Shown: in pieces, positions 1-12,962 of the stretch
Position numbering within the stretch: position 1 is the first letter of the stretch
Layout: every line of letters begins with the position of its first letter
Assembly (NCBI RefSeq): GCF_001194135.2
Contig: NC_068981.1
Span: forward strand, 77,737,003-77,801,002
Direction of reading: 5' to 3'
From: Octopus bimaculoides
Taxonomy: Eukaryota
Length of the DNA: 64,000 nucleotides
Position numbers and translations under genes: made by a program
Notes under the pieces: generated by a model
What the model saw: only the letters and a program-made list of their open reading frames with translations
Database searches by the model: none
What the model was told of the DNA's origin: nothing

Positions 1-164
1 ATATACATATACATATATATATATGTATATATATATGTATGTATGCATGTATTTATGTATGTATGTATATCAGTTCCGTTGTCAAGCGGTAATGGGAAAG
101 AACAAAAAAACTTCGCTCACATAAACACAGACACACACACACAATTTCTACCTGCCACACTGCT

Positions 165-1060
165 TAAAATTGATGAATTGTATTTGGCCTTTTGGGCTAA
201 CAATAAGTTCAAATGAAACTGTTCAACCAGCTTCCAACTCATATTATGAACATGAAATAAATTTACCTATCTTGGGTGTGTGCTCAATCCTGTTTGTTCT
301 TTAGATGATGAAATAGCAAACCGTCTTTAAAAACCATCTCAGACTTTCAAAATCTTCAAAAGCGAATTTGGTCTAAAAGTAATACTATCAAAAACATGAA
401 GGTTGCAGCGTACAGTGCTTGTGTGCTTACATCCCCTCTGTATTCATGTGAGACATGGGTGGTATATAGGAGGCAGCTCAAGCTACTGAAGAAATTTCAT
501 CAGTGATGGTTACGCTCTACACTGAAAATGAGATGGGTGCGCAAAATACCGAATTCTGACATACTTGAGTGTGCGGGTATTGGCAACATTGAAACTAAAA
601 TTCATTGACACAGACTTCACTGGACTAGTCATCTGATAGTGAAATCTGATCAACGCATTCCCAAACAACTGTTATATGGTCAGATAAAAGGATCAAAAGG
701 ACCTGAATGTAAACCAAAAATTTGCTACAAAGATTTCAAAATGATGCATGCAAACTGGAAAAGTGATGCAATAAACTTAACAAAATGAAGGACAAAAATT
801 CGAGAATGTACTACCTTAGAATTATGCACTGATACAAAGAGCAGCAGGAAAAGGTTTGCTTGTGGCCAGTGATCCTTCTCCTCTAACTTGTGATACCTGC
901 AAGCATATTTGTCTCTCTCAAGCTGGACTAGTTAGTCATAAGCAGAAGCACATATTTAGGCCATCTACTGACTTTTTACATTCAGAGCATGATGAATTAT
1001 CTTGCTCTGTTTGCAATAAGATCTGCAAAACTAAGCCTAAGTTGTCAATATACATAAAAT
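165..1060 (+). mobile_element. RTE-clade LINE, 3' part of ORF (post-RT and C-terminal region), decayed
   Basis: Manual translation gives FGLTIS, KFTYLGCVL..SLDDEIANR, then KRIWSKS...YSACVLTSPLYSCETWVVYRRQLKLLKKFHQ*WLRSTLKMRW...RLHWTSH...DQRIPKQLLYG. This is the typical RTE C-terminal pattern, with internal stops and frameshifts. It ends in CxxC..H..H motifs (ORF 856-1116). Confidence 0.85.
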
Positions 1061-1065
1061 GTGTG

Positions 1066-1250
1066 TATGTGTTGGCACTCCGTCGCTTACGACGTCGAGG
1101 GTTCCAATTGATCTGATCAACGGAACAGCCTGCTCGTGAAATTAACGTGCAAGTGGCTGAGCACTCCACAGACACGTGTACCCTTAACGTAGTTCTCGGG
1201 GATATTCAGCGTGACACAGTGTGACAAGGCTGGCCCTTTGAAATACATGT
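1066..1250 (-). mobile_element. 3' module of SINE family C (5'-truncated)
   Basis: Near-identical to the 3' half of the full-length copy at 55288-55619 (gcactccgtcg...gctggccctttgaaataca). Confidence 0.85.
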
Positions 1251-1304
1251 ATGTATATATAGAGAGAGATATTTAGATATGTACACACGCACACATATAT
1301 ATAC

Positions 1305-1413
<109 letters not shown>

Positions 1414-2218
1414 CGCGCGTATGTATGTACATATCGTTCATACTTTACTTTTTACTTTCGTCTGTCATTGATTTGCAGCCACGCTGCAACACCTCCTTGG
1501 AGAAGTTTTAGTTGAACAAATTAGTCCGAGGACTTATTTGTAAGTCTGGCGTTAATTCTATTGATGGCTTTTGCCAAACCGCAGTAAAGAACAGCACCTG
1601 CTGTCAAAGAGTGATGGAAAAAAGACATAAGCACTCACTCACACACATACACATCTATCTATCTATATCGGGATTCCACGCAGTTTCCATCTAGCAAACG
1701 CGTTCACAATTCATTGCCTTGTCCGGGAGTACTGTAGAAGACAATAGCCAAAGGTACCTAGCAGTGAATCTGAACCCGAATGTGGCAACAAACTGAGCAT
1801 CACAAGCACATAGCCATGTGTATGTCTATACAAATGTGTGCGTGTATATATATATACATATACACATAAGCTCATACACATACACGCATGCATACATACG
1901 TACATTATATATATACATGTATGTATGTATGTATGTATGTATGTATGTATGTACAGACTGACATACACACACACAGCTATATTAATAAAAGCCCCAAGGT
2001 TGATAAAACAAAAAAAAAGTTATATTCTAGCGCCTTATAAGTTGACAACAACCTATATCAGCCTGAGGATGGAATTAATAATTCTTACACCTGGAAAGTC
2101 TAAGCCGCTACATCGTTTCAATCAGTGCTGCAAGCTGTTTTACATAACTTTCGCCTTCAATATACAAAAGAAAGTATAAAAGTATAGATATCACAATGTG
2201 TATCTCACGCCATTCCTG

Positions 2219-2303
<85 letters not shown>

Positions 2304-2346
2304 ACCTTGTATTTTAGTGAAAACGAAATCAATATATATATAAATA

Positions 2347-2480
2347 GAGGTAGTTGTGTGGTAAGAGGCTTGCTTCCCAACCACATGGTCCCGGGTTCAG
2401 TTACATCGTGCGGCACGCTAGCCAAGTGTCTCCTACTGTAGCCCCGGCCCAATCAATGCCGCATGAGGGAATTTGATAGA
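2347..2480 (+). mobile_element. SINE family B, 5' tRNA-like head fragment
   Basis: gaggtagttgtgtggtaagaggcttgcttcccaaccacatggtcccgggttcag...caagtgtctcctactgtagccccgg matches the reverse complement of the family B copies at 16164 and 29061. Confidence 0.75.
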
Positions 2481-4019
2481 GGGAAACTGTGTGGAAGCCC
2501 ATCGTACACACACACATATGTATGGAAGGAAACTCTTGTTTGAATGTATGAACGTAACGATGTTCAATCCCTACTGCTATAAACACACATGCACACGCAA
2601 ACGCGCGAGCACATACTCACACGTACATTTATACATACACAGACACATCTATCCACACAACTATACATACATTCACCCGTCCACATACATACATACATAT
2701 ATGCATACAAACATGATGTACTTCCACTAAAAGTATTAATTACCCCAAGTATTAATCAGGCCGAGGCTATGGCAACAGACGCATACGCAAAGTACCGTAC
2801 AGTGAGGTGGAACACTGGAAAGCACATATTTGCGAAGCACTCCACACGAAGCGCAACCATGCCTACGTCCGTGTATGATCAAAAGAAATAATCAATGTAA
2901 TATTAACCAAAAGTTAACGAATGAGAATAATAAAAACCTTTTGCCATGTCCAGTGTATATAAGTAGTCAATATTTGAATAGATTTAGCATTACTAATTAT
3001 GATATCCAACCATCTATTGCTGTACTAACTATTAAAGCTACCAATATGTTATATTACTGACTGTTATAGTTATTAGCAATGTCTGAAAGGAATTGTGCTG
3101 TCATTAACCTTTGTGTATGAACTTTCGTCTGTTGCGTTTTATGTTATTCCATTTTATTTTATTTTATTTTATTTTATTTTATTTTGTAATTTGTCTCAGC
3201 TTGTAAATAACTTTTATAAAAAATTAAAAAATAAAATTTATGCAACAAAAATACAAATGTTTGTTTTGTTTAGTAATGATTCATAAAATCATTTGGTTTT
3301 TTTTTTTTCCTAACTTAAGTAGTTTCTGACATACCACTGTGGACAGCCACACAGTCAATAATCTGACGCTAAACTAGAACGAGAACCAATGAACCAATCA
3401 ACGACCCGCTGGACCTCTCTTTGAAATCAAATGCGCAACGAGGCTGTTGCTCACGAATGCTTGCAATAAAAATAAAAGCTTTATTTTTTTAGAGACTGAA
3501 AATGTAGGATAGAGAGACTGATGGTATGAGTGTAGAATTACTTATCTTTTTTAGTTTGGCAGAAACTGTAGAGTTTGAGAGAGTAAATATATCTGAGTGT
3601 TCAATTTCGTCCTTTCTCTGTTCTGTATGCACATTTCGCCACGATCGACTTTGCCTTTCTTCCCTGTGGGATGGTTTAAGACAGTACCAACAATAAATAT
3701 ATAGGGAGATCGATTCAATCGAATATAGCCATTTACGCCAAGATGTTGTCTGATGTATAGCCAAAACAGATCAATATTGCATACTTAGTTAACTTCGCCT
3801 TTCATCCCTCTGGGGTGGAGTCAATAAAATAAATACCAGTGAAGTGCTGAGGTCGAAGTAATTTACTATACCCGTCTCCACCGTTTAATGTGAGATCTTG
3901 CCCCTCTGTTAGAACACAATATACACGTACTCAAATAAACACATACACACACATAACACACATACACACATATGCATACGTACATACGTTCATACTTAAA
4001 TACACTCACACACACACAT

Positions 4020-4062
<43 letters not shown>

Positions 4063-4780
4063 NNNNNNNNNNNNNNNNNNNNNNNNNNNNNNNNNNNNNN
4101 NNNNNNNNNNNNNNNNNNNNNNNNNNNNNNNNNNNNNNNNNNNNNNNNNNNNNNNNNNNNNNNNNNNNNNNNNNNNNNNNNNNNNNNNNNNNNNNNNNNN
4201 NNNNNNNNNNNNNNNNNNNNNNNNNNNNNNNNNNNNNNNNNNNNNNNNNNNNNNNNNNNNNNNNNNNNNNNNNNNNNNNNNNNNNNNNNNNNNNNNNNNN
4301 NNNNNNNNNNNNNNNNNNNNNNNNNNNNNNNNNNNNNNNNNNNNNNNNNNNNNNNNNNNNNNNNNNNNNNNNNNNNNNNNNNNNNNNNNNNNNNNNNNNN
4401 NNNNNNNNNNNNNNNNNNNNNNNNNNNNNNNNNNNNNNNNNNNNNNNNNNNNNNNNNNNNNNNNNNNNNNNNNNNNNNNNNNNNNNNNNNNNNNNNNNNN
4501 NNNNNNNNNNNNNNNNNNNNNNNNNNNNNNNNNNNNNNNNNNNNNNNNNNNNNNNNNNNNNNNNNNNNNNNNNNNNNNNNNNNNNNNNNNNNNNNNNNNN
4601 NNNNNNNNNNNNNNNNNNNNNNNNNNNNNNNNNNNNNNNNNNNNNNNNNNNNNNNNNNNNNNNNNNNNNNNNNNNNNNNNNNNNNNNNNNNNNNNNNNNN
4701 NNNNNNNNNNNNNNNNNNNNNNNNNNNNNNNNNNNNNNNNNNNNNNNNNNNNNNNNNNNNNNNNNNNNNNNNNNNNNNNT
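4063..4780. other. Assembly gap (N run)
   Basis: Run of N. Other gaps are at 32450-32459, 37675-37738, 37996-38005, 42040-42467 and 58035-58082, nearly all next to microsatellites. Confidence 0.99.
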
Positions 4781-4915
4781 ATCGACCCCAGTGTGTAACT
4801 GGTACTTATTTCAACGACCTCGAAAGGATGAAAGGCGAAATCGACCTCGGCGGAATTTGAACTCAGAACTTTCGGCCGATGTGCCAAGGATTCTCCCAGC
4901 TCGCCGCCTTATATC

Positions 4916-4953
<38 letters not shown>

Positions 4954-5310
4954 CCTTTCTACTATTGGTACAAGGCCTGAAAGTTTGGGAGAGAGGACTA
5001 GTCGATTACATCGACTCCTGTGTTTCATTGGTACTTAATTCATTAACCCCGAAAGGATGAAAGGCAAAGTCGACTTCTGCGGAATTTGAACTTAGAACGT
5101 AGCATTTCGCCCGGTGTGCTAACGATTCTGTCATCTCGCCGCCTTTTACAATAATAATAATAATTTCTTACACTGTCACAAAGTCACAAATTTCTAGAAA
5201 GGATCGACTTGGCTAAATTTACTTTCTGGATGTATTTGTTAACAAGTCAAAAATTATGAAAAGCATTTCATAATGCCGATAGAATTTGAAACCAGAACGG
5301 GAAAGGTCAA
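4781..5310 (-). mobile_element. Head-to-tail cluster of SINE family A copies (4781-4910, 4953-5145, degenerate ~5160-5310) separated by (TAA)n
   Basis: Repeated gaaaggatgaaaggc(a/g)aa(g/a)tcgac..cggaatttgaact(c/t)agaac...ctcgccgcctt. The reverse strand reads aaggcggcgagctggcagaatcgttag (A-box-like) and gagttcaaattcc (B-box-like). Confidence 0.88.
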
Positions 5311-5995
5311 AACTAAATATTATAAAGCTCATAATTCCGTGTTATATTAACCTAACTATCTTCAAAGTTAATGAATGTTGTTTATCTATTATCGAGAGAC
5401 TTGAAAGTCACATTGTGTTAATTATATTTGGTATTAGATCATAATTTTGTTAACATACGAATTAAAATTTCTCACTCTTTTCGATCTATAACTATATGAC
5501 ATCCCACGCCTTTTTAAAACATACAGTTTCACATTCAGACGATATCTTTCTAATATTCTCCCACTATTCTCCAGATAAAGCCGCACTCTACGCGATCACC
5601 AGACCTCCTAGAAATAGCAGTGAAAAAGGAGAGCCACTCTTGGAACACTTTTGATCACATATCTGCCCGGTTAAATCTGAGTTAAGCTAAACAACAGCAT
5701 AGACGTTACACAGACGAGACGAAAATACCATGAGTTACATACAACGAGAGAAAAACGACACGCTAAAATGCTTAGAGCAATGACATACATCACATTTGAT
5801 CGACATGTAAAGCAACTCTAGTCGTGTACAAGCAACAGAGTGCAATCATCAGGATCATGTCAGGCTTGCTTAAATCCCTAAATCCTCCCACAACAAACCA
5901 CAAGGAATGCAAAATAATGCATTGTACATCATAACAGTTTGTACACAAAGCAAAAACCACCTATAAATAATAAATAAATGCGCTCTTTTAAAACC

Positions 5996-6225
5996 TAGCC
6001 AGGCTCATGGGTCCGGTTTCCCGGTTTCAATGGCGTATGTGTTCCCCAGCTGGATGGGACGCCAGTCCATCGCAGTGTTACTCATTTTTGCCAGCTGGGT
6101 GGACTGGAGCAACGTGAAATGAAGTGTTTTGCTCAAAAACACAACGCGTCGCCTGGTCCAGGAATCGAAACCACAATTTTACGATCATGATGCTGACACC
6201 CTAACCACTAAACCACGCGCCTCCA
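5996..6225 (-). mobile_element. SINE with family C head/core and a different 3' module
   Basis: The minus strand reads ggcgcgtggtttagtggttagggtg...ggtttcgattcctgg (tRNA-like head), then ttgagcaaaacacttcatttcacgttgctccagtccacccagctggcaaaaatgagta as at 55450-55610. It then continues with ctgcgatggactggcgtcccatccagc instead of the family C tail. Confidence 0.8.
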
Positions 6226-9200
6226 CTAAAAAAAAACCATCTATGCAAAGAGACAGGGAGCACAGTTTGCTATTGCAGTAAATAATATCCTCAATCCCTC
6301 TCACTATATGAAAACAATACCTCCAAAGACTACAATATATATACTGTACCCCCAGAACACTACTGCAACAACATCCTATATTCAGTATCTCTTCCAATCA
6401 GCCTACAAATACATGAAAAAAAAAACATATAAACGCAGGAATAGCAGAAGCATCAATAGCCTCACCTGCCACAATACTATTCTAGGATGCACACCTTCTG
6501 CATAAAGTGCACAGGAATAACAAATATTGCTTTTGCACATTCCAACCCATACACCTCTGATATTATCGACACGACCATCTTTGTATGTACAATATTAGAA
6601 TGGGAAGTATAGCAAATTCAACTTTCAAGACTGCTAGATAGCAAGCACCCCATGCTATTCAAATTTGCATGTTGGCGTGTGAATTATGCCTCTCAGTGAG
6701 GTAAATGTATTATATAAATAAAAAAGCAGTTCGGTGAGTCAAACTTTTACGTTCGGTTGACTACTTGCGTACTTCCCAAAATTCAAGGCATTGTGATCGA
6801 TTAGATTTTGACCTGGGGCTACATAACAAAAATAACAATTTGTAGATTTTAGATCATTCTTGCTTCTGGAGCCATTGTTACAGTAGTGAACGTGACACAT
6901 CCTCATTATCACCGCTTATCGCTTTGTTATTTTACGCCTAAATTAAAAATTAATATTTAGATGATTATCAACACGACGGAAGTAGTAGAGTATCTTTTTG
7001 AATAACTTGCAATGTTTAGTTTTGTCAGTTTACGTTTTAGATTCAAACTGTAATCAAACCTTGTCTTTTAGCTTCCCCAGATTAATTTTAAAATGTACCA
7101 GTAATACAATGGGCCGATTCAATCGGTTATGCAATGAGACTGTATTAAAAGTGTTACCGGCTGACAATAAAACTTTGTTTTCATGTTGTTTGCCAAAGCG
7201 CAAGTCAAATGGAGCATATATTTTCTTTGCTATTGATTACGACCGGAAATTGCAAGTAAAAAGCGAAAGTGTATTAAGTTGGCTCAACATGGAATCGAAC
7301 TTATGCCATATATTTGGCTTCCGCCTTCCCCACCCCGCTGAAAGCTTTATGACTAGCCTTCGACGTTCATACTTAATCGAGTTCACGACTACTAATACTA
7401 ATACTACGCAATAAAATTAGTTTCGTCTTTAATTCAAAGCAATCAATGACAATTACTTGGCTGCTAGATTAAACAAAGAAAGTGTTTAAACAAGGAATGT
7501 CTCTAGAGTGCGTTGGCTAGCGATGTTTTGCGTCGGCATGAATCGGTTAGGAAATATACACCAAAGAGCTTGTTGGGGGCCTTCGAGAGAAGTATTGGAG
7601 ACTGACGTTTCAGAAAGTCTTTTTGTTAAGAAGAAATAGATTTCTGCTCCAACGCAGATTAGCATCACCTGAAATGTTAATCTTTTTTACGGTGTCACAA
7701 CTTAACAAGATATTCTTCTTTTGTTTATAGTTATGTGATGGTTAGGTTAATATTTGACGTTTGTCTAGTCATTTAATTGGTTATTTAGTGACATGATTTT
7801 TTGTTTAGTTTTCTTTACTAAGTTTGTATATATCTCGATTTATCAAATTTGCTGTGATTTGTTAAACGAGCAGCTGTATTATAAAACCGACCATCAAGTG
7901 GTCTGGAATTGACATCTACTAGAGCTCTGCTATTTGTAACCGGCTGAAGTAGACTTCCTTAACCCTCTCGCCACCCTCTTTCTATATTCTGCTTGGACAA
8001 GTGCTGTTATTATTTGCCACTTTATAAATTAGACATGAAATATTGATTTCTGGTATCGGTACAAAGCAACATATTTTGTGGCGAAAGTATAGTAGATTAA
8101 ATCTATCTCAGTACTAACCTGGTACTTGGGAGGTTGATAAAATTATATCGAACTCTGAAGAGATGAGAAGTAAAGCCGACCCAATGAAGTTTGAACTCAG
8201 AACATAAAGGAGCAAAATATCTCAAAATATGTTTATCTGATTGTGTAAAGATTACACTAACACTGCCTCAATAGAGATAGACAGAGATATGTATATGACT
8301 GTATGTACTTTGTTTGCATTAGTTATTCGTTAACTAGTGTATTAATTTATTAATTACACTAATGCCACACAAATATTTATTTCAACGACCCCGAAGGTAT
8401 AAATGTCTAAATTTACAGGAAAGGGATTTGAACTTAGACACAAAATGCCGCTACTAAACAATATAAAATATTTCGTGCGTGTCGCAACCTTTGACACCAT
8501 AATAGCCATGCGCGATAGACTGAGCATTGATTTCTCATATTGCACAAAGCCATGCATATATATAGGATGACTAATTTTAATGTATTTGACTTCTCATATA
8601 TCACAGGTACATGTTTCACTGGTCCTAGCAGAAAGTAAGGGATAACTGGCACTTGTAAGAACTGAACTCTGTCTATAAAGATATGGTAGTTAAAACTGTA
8701 TGGCATTGTTTTTGGAGCTCAACTTTTGCACCGCTCTATTACCCTCTAATCTTGATTAGGCAGACCTACTCTCAAAGCGTTCTAGACGTAGCTGACCCCC
8801 ATTGAGTTTTTCATGCATAATATAGCCAGGACCATCGAATTTGTCATTCTGCTTTTCAACACAATATTTTTTTTTTTTTTTTTAAATAAAATTCATTTAG
8901 CAGCTATTTCTAGCCGACCGCTAGGTACTTCCATCATTGGTTGGACCATTCAGATATCGCTGTTGCTTGCTGTTATTGTTTAGTTTAATGTAATGCAATA
9001 AATATTGCGCAGCAATGTTTTATATTATATAGTACTTTCAATATTCCTGAAAATGGATGTCGTTTTATGACAGTAAGCTGCAACATATTCCAATATTTCT
9101 TTATTATCTGAAGGACTTGTTTCTTTCGAGTGAGTTTAGTCGTGCTAGCTGACACTGCATGAACATAGGAACATTGTTAAACATGTATTGCCGTCCTATT

Positions 9201-9957
9201 GTTCAACTTTAAGTGATAATGGCATAGGTTGCTCGAAGCATTATCCAACCTGATCGGTAATAGTTTAGCGAGATTGTTGACGCATATAAAACAGTATGTG
9301 CATTTATAATAAATTGCAAATGGTTAATTTAATTACAATAAATTACTTCATTAAAATGTTCTATCGATCTTTTTCTATTGTTGTATGTGGGTGTGTGTGT
9401 GTGTGCGTGCGTATGGTGCTATTGTTGTCGCTGGTGTGCCATACGAAGCTAAGCTTCTCTCTGTAACCATACTAGCTCGTTGAAAAATAAGTGACTGCAA
9501 TAGGCTCTTTGCAAAACCTACAGCACACTTGGACAAGTGAGTTTGTAATATACTTTCGAATGAGTAGGATTTGGTGGATGGAAACAATGCAGAAACCCGT
9601 CATATATGTGTGTGTATGTGTGTGTGTGTACGTACGTACGTACATACGTGCACACACTGTGCGCGCACGCGTCCATTTGCGTCGCAACGTTTACACCGGT
9701 GAAAAAAACCCGTGGTGTTTATGTTATGTCCCTGTGTATCTAGTAACCTAGTCAATCGACAAATATAATTCAATATATTAAGTACCAAACTGAAACAAGT
9801 ATTTGGGTCGATATGATCTCCCAAACCCTTTGAAGGCATATCCCGGCATGCTTTGCAATCTAACAGTCCAATGATCGATAGAAATAAAATAGTGAGAATA
9901 ATATATAACAGTGGGAACTCACTACATGTATATATACATGTGTGTGTGTGTGTGTGC

Positions 9958-10000
<43 letters not shown>

Positions 10001-12309
10001 TGTGTGTGTGTGTGACAAAAGAAGATGGTACCAAAAGACAAATTTAGAAGTAGGGAATTAGCTACGAGGTTACTGTATACTGAGACCATACGCGATTCAG
10101 GAAAATCTTAGATATTCAGTTATTTGCTGATTTGCTCGTGTAATATTATATTTCCAGTAACTTTATTATACAGATCGCGGCTTCACACCTCTCACACTAT
10201 CTCTTTCTCTCTCACTCTTTCTTTTTTCTCTTTCTATTTTTCTTCCATTTCTTTTCCTTTAGCTGATTCGCAGAATATAATGCTTATGCAATTAGCCTGC
10301 TATTTGATTTCTTTCTTTCTTTATTTATTGCTTTTTGCTTCCCCCCCCCCCGATAGTCAGCTGTTAGTATGATTTGATATTTCATTGATTAGCACCCTCC
10401 CTAAATAGACATGTAATGGTTTCTCCGCACGGTCGGTTATTTCGTACTATTCAAAATAATCAGAGACTGTTCATTGATAAGTTGATAAGAATCCAGTTGA
10501 AATGCAAAATGCAGTATCTCGACAATAATTTTCAATTTTTGTTATAGCTTCTGCTTCGTGTTATTTCTTTTTCCATATTTCTTTCTTTTTGTTTTTATTT
10601 TCATTTCTGTATTCTTTTACTTCATCAGCTGCATCTGTTGAATATAGAATGGTTTTCTTGGAATAGTTTTCTGTCAGAGGCAACATTTAATAAATGTGTG
10701 TAACAGATATTAAGTGCACATATAAAAATCTTGTTAGCAGAATATCTATTGAATATTCTTTTATTCTTTTATTATTTCTGTTGATTTCAGTTAATGGACT
10801 ACGGCCATGATACAGCACATCGTTCAAAGTCGATCATAGCCACGACAATACCTATTCCTGACTGCTTCTTTTCTATAGAATCGCTAAATGACTCTGCCTG
10901 ACACCGCATCGGTTTTACACCGGTAAACAGCGGATGCATACACACTCCAGTATGTGTGTGTGCGTGTGTGTGTGTGTGCGCGCGCGCGCGTGTTTGTCTG
11001 CATGATGACCATCTATACAGCTTCTGTATACCAAATTTCACTCCTAAAGTTGTAGTGACTAAGGGAGAAGACACTTGTCCAAGTGCAGTGGCGTAGATTT
11101 GAACCTAAAACTATATAGTTGCGAAACGCATTTTACAACCTGTCAGATGTTTTCATAAATTCGGTAAAAAGAAAATGCAAGAATTCTTCTACAACTTAGA
11201 CAAATAAAAGGTGTTGATCCACAGTATAAAGCAATAGACACTAACGATTCACTAAACTGTGAAAGGAATGTTCTTTTAACAAGACAGAAATTTGGTCTTT
11301 TTTTTTTTTTCTTCACGAGAGAAAGAATAAAGGCAAATGAATCTCCCCAAATGCATTAGCTGCATTTGCTTCAGTCATTGAAAGTTGGATTAAAGGTTTA
11401 TTCGACATCCATCTGATCAATTTAAGGGCGCGAAAGAACATATAAGTCGTTTAGCACATCTTCACACAGTTTTTCCCAAATCAGATCTGCTTCAGTAATG
11501 TGTCTTCCTTAGTACTAACGTCTGCTTTGAAAGGTTGAGATTATTAACCGGCTTCTGAGACCCCGTTTTAAAATTGATATTTCTTTTGTTGAACTTGATG
11601 TCATGAAATGTTCACCTACCCAGTGTTGTGGACGATAACTGATTCACTGTAACTTAGAACAAACCTCCTAGGGAGGCTTTGTGAGTTCGCTCCAGCTGCT
11701 AGATATATCATCTATCATTCAAATCCATACACTTGAAAAGAGAAGGGTGCACTGAGAAATGTAGTGCCAGACATACTACGAGTGAAAAAAAGAGGCGGTG
11801 TGACTTGGATCATAGATGTGCTCGATGAAGGAAGACCAGGTGTTAAACAACAGCTCCAACGTAATTTTATGAGATGGTTCACAATCTCTATATCAAATTT
11901 GTTATTTCGGTAAAATAATGATTTTTGTTAGTAAAATTTTTATTTCTTAGAAATAAGAAACTGTGGTAATCAAATTTTATCCCAGGATATTTGCAACTAA
12001 ATGAATGGAAATTATGCAATTACTGATAACAATAGAGCTAAGGAAAAATTCCAGTCATTTTTTGAATTATATATTGTTAAATAAGCATTCGCTGTCGAAC
12101 GTTTTCATTTACCACTATTTGTTATGTTTGGCAATTTGATTTTGATGTCTGTGACTTCAATGTGGAAGAGTTTTCATTATGAACCCACAATAATAATGGG
12201 GCTTATCTCAATGAACGATGCTAGCCGTATTAACAGTAAAATGCTATTTCCCAACATTGCTGTTAATCCACAAAGTTTGACGAATTGAAATTTTTCAGCC
12301 ATGGCAATG

Positions 12310-12962
12310 GTGGAGGTATGATTGTGTGATTAAGAAACTTGCTTTGCAACCACCTGGCTTCGAGTTCAGTCTCACTGTACACCACCTTGAGCAAGTGTTT
12401 TCTATTGTAGCCCCGGGACGACCAAATCCTTGTGAGTATATACAGTAGACAGAAACTGAAAGAAACCTGTTGTTTATATATGTTAGAAATACATTGAAGA
12501 AATGCTTTACTCCCTCAAGTTGGATTTTTATTCGCATTCATAGTAACTCAAGTTGCTAGCCGTGAGTTATAAAAACATTTTTTCAGCGTATCGAACGAAC
12601 TTCGATATGGGAAAAGCGCACAACTTTCGACGTCAATAAATTATCATTGTTCCTCAAAGTTGTTTTTTATACCGAGCACAGACTACTCAATGCTTACAAA
12701 CTTCCTACATTTAAATGCTAGGATTTTATAAATATTTGTGTGTGTGTGATTGTATTTGTGTCTTTGTGTTTGTGTCTGTCCACTTAACACTAGATAACCG
12801 ATGTTGGTTTATTTATGTTTCCGTAAATTTGCGGTTCGGTAAAACAGACCGATAGAATACGCAATAGCGTTTCAAATAGTAAGTACTGGAGGCGATCTAT
12901 TCGACTGAAACCTTTCAAGGCAGTACTCCAACATTGCCGCAGTCAAGTGACTAAAAGAAGTA
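12310..12962 (+). mobile_element. Decayed SINE family B pieces (head ~12310-12480; 3' part ~12735-12962)
   Basis: ccttgagcaagtgttttctattgtagcc...gaaactgaaagaaacc and cagaccgatagaat...tcgactgaaacctttcaaggcagtactccaacattgccgcagtc. Confidence 0.7.

Noticed and set aside
5996-6225. tRNA genes at SINE heads (also at 16560-16625, 33240-33312 and 55540-55612)
   Set aside because: A/B-box-like heads run straight into SINE bodies and lack a complete cloverleaf and acceptor stem, so these are tRNA-derived SINEs.
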